From a virus (taxonomy: Duplodnaviria > Caudoviricetes): a stretch of DNA of 64,000 bases. The notes beneath the pieces were generated by a model. It did no database searches, had not been told where the DNA came from, and saw nothing but the letters and a program-made list of their open reading frames with translations. Where the stretch lies: positions 1 through 64,000 of IMG/VR virus record IMGVR_UViG_3300014039_000022. The stretch is one strand, 5' to 3'. This document shows, in pieces, positions 29,401 to 38,980 of this stretch; the stretch's first letter is position 1; each line of letters starts with the position of its first letter. The position numbers and the translations under genes were made by a program.

Positions 29401-31581
29401 AAAAATATAGGAGAGCGCGAGCGGAACAATATAATGAATACCTTTATTTACGGCAACGATATACGTGAAAGAGGTTGGCGAAAGGTATTTAGCGTGCTTA
29501 ATAAAATAGCCGGAGTTGTATGTATCAGACTTTTGTGCATAAACTTGTTTTCTGCGTTAAAGAATAAATACGGAGGATTGAGTGTATTCCTGAAAGATTC
29601 GTCATTCTTTGGTGACACATATGATTTCAAGACAAAACATTTGATTTCCGCTTGGTTTAACGACACCTTCAATCCAAGACATTGGGCTGGAAGCGTATGG
29701 AGTAAAATAACAAACAAAGAGGTTAGTTGGGACAGATACCAAAAACTAACAGACAGGTTTGACAGATTCAGAAACCCAAGGGTTAGGAGTGAGTTCTCAA
29801 AAAGATGGAATCCACTCAAGCACCTGACTAATGCGTTGATGGCAAATTATGACCTGACTGACACTTCGCTCATAGCGATAATATATAGAACCTACCTAAA
29901 AAACAGGTTTGTATACGATTCCGACGGAAAGAAAATCAATCTTGAGCAGACTTATAGTTTTGACAAAGATAATAATCCTATACTTAAAGGAGGCTTAATA
30001 AAGGAGGAGCGCAATATAGGATATGCAAGATTGCTTCGTGACGCCAAAGAGGCTCTTGAGGAGATGATAAGAAACAACAATGACAATTCGTCACAGGTTG
30101 TGCTTCACGCAAATGATGATGACAGGATAGCCGCCCTTGCTGATTTTATCAATAAAAACGCAAGGATACTCAACGGCGCTGATGTCAATATAGAGTTGGT
30201 TAATAAGGATGGTTCCTATAAACCAGAGTCGAAACTGCTTAAAATCATTGAAAATGAGTTAAACAATATAAGTTATACTGTTGACGACGAGGCTAACTTC
30301 ATAAACGAGGTTGATGAATACATAGCGATTTCACAGGGCTATTACGGCGCAATCAACGCATCCGAATTTCAAACAAACGAATATAGCGCGGCTTTCGCGA
30401 AGATGAAAGGTTGGCTTATGGCTTTCGTGCAGAGGGATTTCCTTAATAACGTCAATATGTCAACAGGCAAGATGATGTCAGGTATTATGAATACACAGGC
30501 TTTGGCTTTGGCTACGGCGTTTATGCCTAAAGTTGACCCGTCAACAAAAGACTTGACTTTTATCAAGGATTACAGATTCAGGCTTGCCACACTCACTGCA
30601 ATGCTTATTCCTTTCGCGTTAAAAAGCAAAAAACTTAGGAATTATCTTGCCAGAAGTGGTTGGGACCCGTCGCAACTTGCCGCGTTGTCTTTTGGAGCCA
30701 TATCTAATTTAATCAATATCTTCCTTGTCTTGCTTGCTTATTTATTCAGAAGGGGGAACCGCAAGTCTATGGGGGAGAAGATGTCACAACCGAAAGAATC
30801 AAGAACAGGCAAGCATAATAAATATAGGAAGCCTGGTATATTTGGAGATTTCGAGATGTTTGATGACGAGAGTTACCAAGAAGACTATAATCGCTGGGAA
30901 AAGAAAGGGTATCCAAAAAGAGGTTCGCAGAAATCTATGTATAATATTTCCGATATGGAAAGTTTGGATTATCCTCAGTATTATTTGCAGGATCTGCCTG
31001 ACGATGCAGAGGCTGGAGATATAGTCTACGTTATAGATAAGGGTATACATTACAAATACTATGACAGTAATAAAACCAAAGGATGGAAGCCGTATATTCT
31101 TGGCTATTACGAGTATGGTTCTCAGGAGTGGAACGAACATGATGAGGCGTTACAGATGAAAAACATAGTATATGACAAGAATAACCCTATGTACTACTTC
31201 TGCGGATTTGCCTACAAGATGCTTAGGGGAATATCGAGTGAGGCGCTAACCCTTAACGATGCCGTAGCAATGGGTGGCGAGATTGTCGATTTGTCAAAGT
31301 CTGTGATATTCTCAGGCGGATTCAAGGTTTTGTTTGACGGTCTTGAGAATATACTTTCCGCTGAAGAGTCAACAAAAAAGAGTTGGGGTGAGCGGGAAAT
31401 CAACTTCTACCTAAAGAAGTTCCAACTTGAACTCGACGGACCCGGCAAGACTATAGCAAGGGTGAACGGGCATAAAATAACAGTTCTTGACTTCTATTCG
31501 TCACAAGAGGTTGCCGACAGGTATAAAAAGACAAATAGTAATATCGGAATACCAACTCAGGAGCAGTTGTGGTTCAAATGA
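26458..31581 (+). CDS. Giant virion/ejected protein with zincin-like motif and hydrophobic C-terminal segments
   Basis: About 1707 aa; EEAAH at 27088-27102; hydrophobic stretches near the C-terminus; directly follows RNAP. Confidence 0.7.
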   Translation: MSDYCVRKPCVKNKNGELVDSKLWDDLFRITGKDRARTIELYKIANSDTFMKSAADEAEYDMNGQITAHSFLKLAGLDAELSNEFKQLSKTYDSQIDESDLDKTVRRFNSEQSKSDYIPSVSDDSDGKLNVRIVRRSENAIGELAKRLEDNKLTGLISNRLKELGVAYDFVGSLDYNGRFSTQNASRMSDGLYHLIQLSTNSKDINDSLVEEAAHLAVMATRDKFAVKRLIDAIADLRKRERLDSMFTNEEIELAKANPKNIDLELAGIVVKKAMQRKTISGWNNLVGSVKSFIYGIFSKLGLTKVMRDKALAKRYGEAIASGFLFDEDNFSLDNALENPVKLYSLRTDNQNTKFVEQTMKRLSILNNKLMQASYKMASTKEYMSLRPGELLGDRNELEMNEAFASTIASNAIDTLWNDFQTNYGVLSRISAKDFRMEDISRTQIDNLMRCIEVFDSLKDICEAYMSLASNTRIKYEQAKVISDDLGDRLKPSAAMESTLKIIKDINEALSDGKIAMSLMSYSRIFTASLLEFTYGRDNTTIPAKMVFKGLSTEVEKEHTVDMYDLASAYMRDFSYDGGILSGFSSFIRSKRFSKDSLTQAMDKIARKSRTIAMKYRDDRLSQLRDIRHKLKESGFDEDTFYEKVVAPPKVEIKDDYYVINGKPIAQVSNIDGLPVVHDVDGVWRLDDIDTQIPVDYVEKTQSGYYISEYNHRQLWIDRRVADRLVKSQFIKEAKSTMAVDENGDEVSEYILFKRMPASKRRSIYYKYRDNTDIWKRFIKESYEDPKIGKPSEKYRNKEFQRNIERYGEKWLDLYNEIMEYKRAVDSECLSEREEFGSSGDISGKRHFVEYKRPQYKKSFVGKYLSHRLDSVDLYDSQFTTLLCEDVTSDAFGDITTDTELNEFNDELSLYADGLRRIPINGINDVSDIRELSDDLVGSLFAYTDMAYRFFGAQQVYSSMSVLDYTADNRGGGDFTNTLKLKNIGERERNNIMNTFIYGNDIRERGWRKVFSVLNKIAGVVCIRLLCINLFSALKNKYGGLSVFLKDSSFFGDTYDFKTKHLISAWFNDTFNPRHWAGSVWSKITNKEVSWDRYQKLTDRFDRFRNPRVRSEFSKRWNPLKHLTNALMANYDLTDTSLIAIIYRTYLKNRFVYDSDGKKINLEQTYSFDKDNNPILKGGLIKEERNIGYARLLRDAKEALEEMIRNNNDNSSQVVLHANDDDRIAALADFINKNARILNGADVNIELVNKDGSYKPESKLLKIIENELNNISYTVDDEANFINEVDEYIAISQGYYGAINASEFQTNEYSAAFAKMKGWLMAFVQRDFLNNVNMSTGKMMSGIMNTQALALATAFMPKVDPSTKDLTFIKDYRFRLATLTAMLIPFALKSKKLRNYLARSGWDPSQLAALSFGAISNLINIFLVLLAYLFRRGNRKSMGEKMSQPKESRTGKHNKYRKPGIFGDFEMFDDESYQEDYNRWEKKGYPKRGSQKSMYNISDMESLDYPQYYLQDLPDDAEAGDIVYVIDKGIHYKYYDSNKTKGWKPYILGYYEYGSQEWNEHDEALQMKNIVYDKNNPMYYFCGFAYKMLRGISSEALTLNDAVAMGGEIVDLSKSVIFSGGFKVLFDGLENILSAEESTKKSWGEREINFYLKKFQLELDGPGKTIARVNGHKITVLDFYSSQEVADRYKKTNSNIGIPTQEQLWFK

Positions 31582-31631
31582 TAAAAACCAAGCCTTAAGG
31601 CTGATGTTTATAATAAAGACAAAACAAACGG

Positions 31632-31669
31632 AAATAGGGATAATCGTAATGATTATCCCTATTTTTTTT
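31632..31669. terminator. Terminator at the convergence of + and - modules
   Basis: AAATAGGGATAATC-5nt-GATTATCCCTATTT followed by a T run. Confidence 0.85.
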
Positions 31670-31689
31670 ATTCATATCATTGTTATCAA

Positions 31690-34600
31690 CTAAAACATAT
31701 CTGTTATGTCATCAGTTCCGGCTATTATGGTATCTGTTGAGTCGTTTTGTTTTGTCGGTTGAGTTGTGTTGCTTCCGCATTGGGTGTCATCAAGCGCGTC
31801 ATCCTGCTTGATATCAACAACAGGCACGTTCTCATCCTGCTTCACGTTTGATTTCGTCTCCCCTATCTGTGTTATGGCTCCATCAGACTTACCGTCAGTC
31901 CATTCATAAGAATTGATTTTAGACAGACTCATTGGTTCTATGTTTATGAAATTATTATACAACATACTGTTTTTTGTTATCAAAACCTCATTATTCTCGT
32001 TGTTATCATATCTAAACACGGATACACCTCTGCCTATAATTGAGAAGTCAACGTTATCTGTAGACACCGCTTTCGCCCCTTCTGGATTATAAGCCAGCAT
32101 GATTGGTATTATCTCCATAGAAACCACGCTACCTTTCCTTCCTGTAGCCGCCTCTATGCTTGCCTTGTATAGATTAAGTTGCTGCTGCCACTTATCTACA
32201 GATAGCCCGCTGAATCCCTCTATTGTGAATGTCTTGCCATTTCTGTTTTTATACGTAGAGTTTGCACCTGAAGATATTCTGACAGACTTGTAATCATATA
32301 TATGATAGTTTCCGTCTTTGTCAACAGTAATCATATCCGGCACGCACTTTAAACCCTCTATACTGCCACCGTTTTCGTTATATATCGTCTCTTTGAATAG
32401 ATACTCACCTGTGAGTATAGTCTCTTCTCTTGACTCTATTGTTTTTACCACACATTCATTAAATTCATTTATGAGCCACTGTATGTCAGTCTTGCTGATA
32501 CCTGGGAAACTACCCCAACCCTTGTTTTTACCCTTGTCTATCTTGGTGTTCTCCAGAACCCATTTGCGTATCGAATCAGCAATCTCCGACATTGACGCGT
32601 TCTTGTTTTTGGCCCTCTCGGTTATAAACAGCCTGAATAACTTATCTATTGAGGTACCGATAGATTTTGCCACATCCGCGTAAGTTTCATTTGATATATT
32701 TGAATACAAATCATCATCAGCCTTATCCTTAATGAAAGTAGTGGCTCCTATACCGTCACCTTCCGGATTATTCTCTTTGGTTATTCTATACTTTTCTATC
32801 GCCGACACAGCCGCCTCAACCTTTGTCTTCCCGTCTGACGCGTCGCTGGTTTCAGTCTGAATCCTTCCAGATATTTTCTTGCTATTCTTAGGAGTCATAT
32901 CTGTGGCTATAAGCATATCGTTACCTATAACCTTTTCTATCTCATTATTATGGTCGGCCTCTGTAAGATTGTTTCTGTAATTATTATATGTACTCAAATA
33001 ATCATAATCAACTTGAGGTTTGGCTATATTATACCCTCCGACTTTTTTGAATGATTTCATATCCTCGTCGAGTATAGCCTTGGCGAAAAGCCTCTGTATA
33101 TCCATATTTACAGAATCAAGCGTTCCTCTTGATATAGGATTGTCATTTGTTATATCGCTGATGCTTGGATTGACATCAATATCGTTTGAATCCATTACCG
33201 CTCCGAAAAAATCCCTCATGCCTATATCAACAAAGCCTGAGTCGCTGTCATCTCTGTTAGTATATGAAAGTCTCAAACTGATTCCGTCTATACCTTTCGA
33301 CTTATCGTATATAGATATGGATACATTAAACGTAATATATGGATTCTTATCGTTTATCCGCTGCTTGAGGTTTATATGTCTGCCTATATTTTTGTTTATT
33401 TTGTCGATTACAGGCTTTATAAACCTGTTGAAATTCTCGACAGAACCATTATTATTTAATATATCTTCAATCTGGTCTATCAGTTTTTTAATTTCAACGG
33501 CATCCCTTGGTATAAGCGCGTTACGTATCTCTGCAAGTGCTGATTTAATAGGTCTTGATGCGGTTCTTTCCTTGGCTGAAAGAATATTTATTTTACTTAA
33601 CGCCTCAATCACACCTATCTTAGTCTTGTTGCCGTTATTATCCCTTGACGCTATTGTATAATCATCAAGACTCTTTACTAAAAACTTTGTTAAGTTTCCG
33701 TCTTTATCAACAATACCAAGCAACGGTTTTGTACCTTTCTCTTTCAAAACCTCAATTCTATCCTTATCTTCTATACCATAAGTCTCAACGACATCTTTTT
33801 CTTCTGTATCCTCATAATATACAGTCAGTTGGTTGGTTCTTTCGTTGAAGTTATATCTTACTGTTACAAATTTTACATTCTCACCAGACTTAAGTTCATC
33901 TATAATCTGTTTTAAGTCATTTGTGCCTAATGTTTTGGTCAGCACATCAACAACTGTCTCGTTTTGGTTTGATATCTCTGGCTTATTACCTTTATTGTTA
34001 TTATTATTCTCTACCGTCAATCCAGTGGAGACATACGGAATCGTATTGCCATCTTTATCTTTTGTTGTGACTATTCCATTTTTATCAATTATAGAATTAA
34101 CCCTAAGCGCGTCAAGTTCATTCCTTTCCTGTTGCGCGCTAATCCTTGACTCTTGCAGCAACCCGACTTTAATATATGATTTACCGTAAGCCTTGAATGA
34201 GTTTGGCGTGTCATCTGCCACCTCGACGCATACCACTACAGGCCTGTCGTTTGAATCTATCGCATTTGATTGGGCTATTGAATCATCTATGATAAATATA
34301 GCATTGCCGCCTTCTTTCTTTTCCTCAATTTGAGCGACAGCCTCTTCATAATTAGTGGCTATACCGTTATCATCATACCATTTCTTTTCATTCGCTGTAA
34401 GATTCTCTTTCAGCCCGAACTCTATGGATATCCCGTTAAACTTATTAATCCTTACATCCGCTTTTACGAATCTTCCATCGTCGTAAAATTCATTCAAATC
34501 CTTACGCATGGATTCCTGAAGCGAAGCATCTGTCTTATATATATCAGATATTGTCTTATACGTTTCATATAGTATATTCGAGTTGTTATATATCGCTATG

Positions 34601-37600
34601 TTTTCATTTGTAACCTTTCCTTTGGATAATCTTTCTTTAAGTAGACTTTCCATTTTTAATACAGCCTCATTTATGCTCTTAATATTGAATTTAGAGCCGA
34701 ATATATCCTCTGGAAATATAGTATCACCTATTTTTGTCTTGATATAAAGATTTGCTATAGCAACAAAATCATTAAACGTAAAACCGATTGCGTTCTTTCT
34801 CTTTCCGTTTATGTAATCAACAAACTCTTCTAATCCAAACAGTCTGTCGTATTCTTCTCTGTCAGAATTTAATACCTCTCTATCCATTAGCGTAGACAAC
34901 CTTCCTGCATGCTCAAGTTCTAACACACTTTTTTCCGCGCTATCAGATTTGTTTTCCTGCTCAAGTTTTGACCCAAACTCCTCTATGGCTGCCATATTAG
35001 AGGTATAGTTGTTTATCTCGTTAACTATATTATTGACTGTTTCCGTATTTATATTTGCGTCAATAGGTATTGAATACCTATCGGCTATATCCTGTCTAAA
35101 ATTAGAATCAGCCATTATATCCAATATATGCCCGACAGACGTATCCTTATCCCTCAAAGCCCTTGAATAGGCGGTGTCAAACAGATTCCTATACATCCTG
35201 TCAAGAGACTTGTATGCGTTCACATTCTTAATGACACCTATATCTCTTTGTCTATCCTTATTAAGTTTTATCCAATCCTTATAAAATCCGCTTCTTCCCA
35301 AAACCTCGCTTAATACCTGCTCCTCATACACGCTCATCCTCTCGTCGAGGAGTTTGTCAGCCTCCTCTTCAAAAGTCTCGTAATTGGTTGCCCTCAAAGC
35401 TCTTTCTGCTTTGTTTGTAACCATCCTCTTGGCGGCTTCGAGTCTTATGCTATTGTCATAAAGCATCATATTGTTCTGGTCTTTAACGATATCTTTAAAG
35501 TCCTCATCGAATGATTCCATTCTTTGACTAAGTATAGACGCATCCTTAATTTCCGTAAGGATATCATTGGTTATTCCGCTCGCTTTAACAAAATTGTCTA
35601 TTTCTTTTTGTTGAGCGCTTGAATATCTTTCCTTATTAGTAGGATTTAAAAGTTCAGCCATAGATTGAGCGTCAAGACCAGATATTCTATCAGATGTAAT
35701 AACCATATCCTTATCTATTCTTGACAACTCATTAAGTGCAGATTTTGCATCATTTATATTCTTATCTATACGACGCATTTCCGTCTTATATCTAAACAAA
35801 GGCATACTCTTTTTATTCTCTCTTAGCCTTCTCTTTTGTTCCGCAAAAGCACTTAGTATTAGCTTAGCCGAGTCTTTATCTCCATATCTAGCAAGAGTCC
35901 TCTCGGCTTCTGATGAAGTCTCAGCTGCTGTATAACCAAGATTAGACTTATTATAAGCTTCTCTAACATCTTTTGCTATCTCACTTATGCGTTTATTCCA
36001 ATCATCTCGCATAATCATATTGAAAGCCCAGGCATCTTTGGTGTTCTCGCTTATAGCCTCACCAAACTCCTTATTAAGGAACCTTCTGGCATCAGACAGT
36101 TTATTGTATAACTCGTAAGTCTCAGAGGCTCTCTTATGCACCGTATCAAGTATATCCTTCTTTTCCTCCTTGGTTAACTCGATATCGTTTGATATGCCTC
36201 TTTCGTTCTTTGCACGTGCAAATATACCCATCTGCTCCGCGTCAGACTCGCTTATTGTAGAAAGGAACTCAACCTGTTCGCGGAAAGCCTTAGCGCCAAC
36301 TCTTGCTCCAATCCTATCCATCATTATAATACCGGCTATGCGCTGTCCCATAATAGCATCCCTGAAGTCCGCGTCGCTGTCAGGATTGGTCGAAGCCTCG
36401 GCGGCTTTGTTAACCCACGCATACATTTGCTCGATGTCATTCATAGTCGCAAGCTCCTTATGGTTTGCGAGCCATCTGTTAACCTCATCAGCCTCTTCTG
36501 CTGAACGTACAGCCCTTGCCTTATCCTCATGTACAGCCTCAAGATATGGATTCCTCCAGTAGTCACCAGGATTAGCCTTAATATCAGAAAGCCAGTCAAG
36601 GAATATATTATCCTTGCTTGTAACGCCACTTGCCCTTCTGTTGATAAAGTTAGCGGTACCTCTCCCTATGGTTGGATTGCCCAAACCAGATGAGACAGCG
36701 GCCATCATGCCAGAGAATATAGCCTCTTTTGAGAACCAATTCTCTTTCATTACCTTTTGCGCCGCGTCTATATTAGCCCAGTATGTGTCACTGAGGGTCT
36801 CTATCGCGTCTGGATCCGCCATATTAAGCATATACTGCGCGGCATAGTTGTCAGCAAGAGTCTCAAAAGTAGCAGAACCCGCTGTTTGCCCGGTCTCCTG
36901 CAAAACCTCTGACGCAACCTCGGATGTACCCTTTACTCCAGAGACTATCTTTCTTCCAATATTATAAGGAACAGCCTTGGCTACAAGCCTACCAGCCTCA
37001 TTCCTTGTCAGTCTTATGTTAGGAGAATCAGCCAACTGTCCCAAAACAGCCCTTTTGGCGTTATTTTTAATCTGTTTATAGGCTCCACCTACTATGTTTG
37101 AGAACAACATGTCAGAAGCCCCAATAAGCACCGTCTCAAAAGAAAGATTGCGGGCGCCCGCGCGCTTTTGCGCCTCATTAATCATATTGACCACCTCGGG
37201 ATTATTGGCAAGTCTTGATGCTACATCTCTTCTATATTGCTCGTATAAGGCTCTTCTCTCGGCACCTAATCTTGCGCTTAACGCTTCCTGTGATTCAGCG
37301 GGAGCCTCATGGTTAAACGCAACATTTTTATCCCTATATTTTTCGTAGTATTCCTCAAACTCCTCTGGTCCTATGTTGTTCTTTATATATTCGTCGAGAA
37401 AACTATATTGATTCATATTCTCACCGCCATAAATAAGATTGTTTATATAATCATCAAGATTATACTTTGTGCGGTTCATAATATCAAGTGTATCTATAGA
37501 GCCTTCACCAGCACCTAAAGCCATAGCAGGTACAGTCATAGCAACAGTTTTGCCTCCGGCGTTTACAGCCCACGCGGCGGCTCTCGCGAATTTGCTTGCG

Positions 37601-38979
37601 TTATTCATGAATACCCTTCTTGCAAGAGCGCCGGTTGTTTTATTTATAGCCGTACCAAGCATTTTAGACATTACCGTACCAGCCGCAGACGCTCCTGTCG
37701 TAAAACCGGTCTGCTGCACCAAATCAAAAACTGTGTTTAAGTCCCAAAAGTCTGTCTCTGTGCCTGTATCCCTCATAATAGCGTTACTGTTGTAGCCTGT
37801 AGACATTCTCTCCTCCTGCTCGTCAGTCCACCATGAACCCGTCGTTACCAAACCGTTACCCCATTTGGTCAGCGGATTCTGTGACGCTTTATATAAGAAG
37901 TTTTCAAAACCTGACACGCCTTCCACCCCTTCTCCACTAAACGCATTCAGCGATAATATATTTCCAAAAATACCCAATGCTGACACGGCTGTACCTACGG
38001 CGTTTGTGGCCGAGCCTAATATAGCCGCTTTTGCCTTTTGCCCAAAAGTTTGGTTTTTAGACACCGTGTCATGCACTTTAGTATATAACCAATCTGACGC
38101 TTTCTGGCTGCCCAAAATCATTTCCTTGGCATAATATTCAGACATTATATCCTTCATTTCGTTTGGAGTCCAAGGAAGAGCAGGAGTGTTCTGAAAGTTC
38201 TTATAGTCGTTTATTTTATTCAGCTTTGTGTTCTCAAACTCCAAAAACATGTCGTTTGCAAGTTTTGGATTTGATTCAACAAGACTGCTTACGTAACCTT
38301 TATATTCCCGTGACTTTGCCTCTCCATAAGCGGTATCGGTTTCCTTTTCGTCAACAGGTCTGTAATTATCGTTATAAATCGCATTGAATATCTCAGATAC
38401 TCTTTCCGGATTAATATCAGTATCATACCAATCCGACGGTTTGTTAGCCATTTGCGCAAACCAGTCCCTATAACCAAACACTTGTGGGCCTGACAATCCC
38501 CTTACACTATTTTGAAGAAGGTTTCTCTTACCTGCCGGATTCCATTGATACGGAGCCAAATCACCTCTAGTCCAGAGCGGCGCCTTGGCTTCCGTTTCTA
38601 TCATGTTTTGATTAACCTCCTCTTGGTTTGCCATTCCATTAGTACCAAAAGATGTATTAGTTATTTCGTTACTTATATCATTAGTTGGTATAGCGCCGGT
38701 CGAAGGCATTTCCTCTGCTTGAAATAAAGCATTATACACCCCTACTTTTTCGGCGTATGATTTACCTCTGGCGTTTCTGTCATACCAGTCGTTACCCATC
38801 TTATCGCGTATAAGATGGTTTATATATTTGTTACTACCGACATAATCCTCAGATGTATTTGTTGACTCGCTTGTTTCCTTAATACTCTTTATATTATTGT
38901 TATAATAATTGAGGTAATCGTTTTTATCATAACCATGTATATCGGTAAGCCTTATACCTTCAAGTCCTATGTTTGCCAT
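31690..38979 (-). CDS. Giant virion/ejected cargo protein with C-terminal PD-(D/E)xK nuclease-like domain
   Basis: 2429 aa; Gly/Ala-rich hydrophobic N-terminal region, coiled coils, C-terminal PD.I..DKDG..HIYDYKS..QQQLNLY. Confidence 0.75.
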   Translation of the reverse strand: MANIGLEGIRLTDIHGYDKNDYLNYYNNNIKSIKETSESTNTSEDYVGSNKYINHLIRDKMGNDWYDRNARGKSYAEKVGVYNALFQAEEMPSTGAIPTNDISNEITNTSFGTNGMANQEEVNQNMIETEAKAPLWTRGDLAPYQWNPAGKRNLLQNSVRGLSGPQVFGYRDWFAQMANKPSDWYDTDINPERVSEIFNAIYNDNYRPVDEKETDTAYGEAKSREYKGYVSSLVESNPKLANDMFLEFENTKLNKINDYKNFQNTPALPWTPNEMKDIMSEYYAKEMILGSQKASDWLYTKVHDTVSKNQTFGQKAKAAILGSATNAVGTAVSALGIFGNILSLNAFSGEGVEGVSGFENFLYKASQNPLTKWGNGLVTTGSWWTDEQEERMSTGYNSNAIMRDTGTETDFWDLNTVFDLVQQTGFTTGASAAGTVMSKMLGTAINKTTGALARRVFMNNASKFARAAAWAVNAGGKTVAMTVPAMALGAGEGSIDTLDIMNRTKYNLDDYINNLIYGGENMNQYSFLDEYIKNNIGPEEFEEYYEKYRDKNVAFNHEAPAESQEALSARLGAERRALYEQYRRDVASRLANNPEVVNMINEAQKRAGARNLSFETVLIGASDMLFSNIVGGAYKQIKNNAKRAVLGQLADSPNIRLTRNEAGRLVAKAVPYNIGRKIVSGVKGTSEVASEVLQETGQTAGSATFETLADNYAAQYMLNMADPDAIETLSDTYWANIDAAQKVMKENWFSKEAIFSGMMAAVSSGLGNPTIGRGTANFINRRASGVTSKDNIFLDWLSDIKANPGDYWRNPYLEAVHEDKARAVRSAEEADEVNRWLANHKELATMNDIEQMYAWVNKAAEASTNPDSDADFRDAIMGQRIAGIIMMDRIGARVGAKAFREQVEFLSTISESDAEQMGIFARAKNERGISNDIELTKEEKKDILDTVHKRASETYELYNKLSDARRFLNKEFGEAISENTKDAWAFNMIMRDDWNKRISEIAKDVREAYNKSNLGYTAAETSSEAERTLARYGDKDSAKLILSAFAEQKRRLRENKKSMPLFRYKTEMRRIDKNINDAKSALNELSRIDKDMVITSDRISGLDAQSMAELLNPTNKERYSSAQQKEIDNFVKASGITNDILTEIKDASILSQRMESFDEDFKDIVKDQNNMMLYDNSIRLEAAKRMVTNKAERALRATNYETFEEEADKLLDERMSVYEEQVLSEVLGRSGFYKDWIKLNKDRQRDIGVIKNVNAYKSLDRMYRNLFDTAYSRALRDKDTSVGHILDIMADSNFRQDIADRYSIPIDANINTETVNNIVNEINNYTSNMAAIEEFGSKLEQENKSDSAEKSVLELEHAGRLSTLMDREVLNSDREEYDRLFGLEEFVDYINGKRKNAIGFTFNDFVAIANLYIKTKIGDTIFPEDIFGSKFNIKSINEAVLKMESLLKERLSKGKVTNENIAIYNNSNILYETYKTISDIYKTDASLQESMRKDLNEFYDDGRFVKADVRINKFNGISIEFGLKENLTANEKKWYDDNGIATNYEEAVAQIEEKKEGGNAIFIIDDSIAQSNAIDSNDRPVVVCVEVADDTPNSFKAYGKSYIKVGLLQESRISAQQERNELDALRVNSIIDKNGIVTTKDKDGNTIPYVSTGLTVENNNNNKGNKPEISNQNETVVDVLTKTLGTNDLKQIIDELKSGENVKFVTVRYNFNERTNQLTVYYEDTEEKDVVETYGIEDKDRIEVLKEKGTKPLLGIVDKDGNLTKFLVKSLDDYTIASRDNNGNKTKIGVIEALSKINILSAKERTASRPIKSALAEIRNALIPRDAVEIKKLIDQIEDILNNNGSVENFNRFIKPVIDKINKNIGRHINLKQRINDKNPYITFNVSISIYDKSKGIDGISLRLSYTNRDDSDSGFVDIGMRDFFGAVMDSNDIDVNPSISDITNDNPISRGTLDSVNMDIQRLFAKAILDEDMKSFKKVGGYNIAKPQVDYDYLSTYNNYRNNLTEADHNNEIEKVIGNDMLIATDMTPKNSKKISGRIQTETSDASDGKTKVEAAVSAIEKYRITKENNPEGDGIGATTFIKDKADDDLYSNISNETYADVAKSIGTSIDKLFRLFITERAKNKNASMSEIADSIRKWVLENTKIDKGKNKGWGSFPGISKTDIQWLINEFNECVVKTIESREETILTGEYLFKETIYNENGGSIEGLKCVPDMITVDKDGNYHIYDYKSVRISSGANSTYKNRNGKTFTIEGFSGLSVDKWQQQLNLYKASIEAATGRKGSVVSMEIIPIMLAYNPEGAKAVSTDNVDFSIIGRGVSVFRYDNNENNEVLITKNSMLYNNFINIEPMSLSKINSYEWTDGKSDGAITQIGETKSNVKQDENVPVVDIKQDDALDDTQCGSNTTQPTKQNDSTDTIIAGTDDITDMF

Positions 38980-38980
38980 A

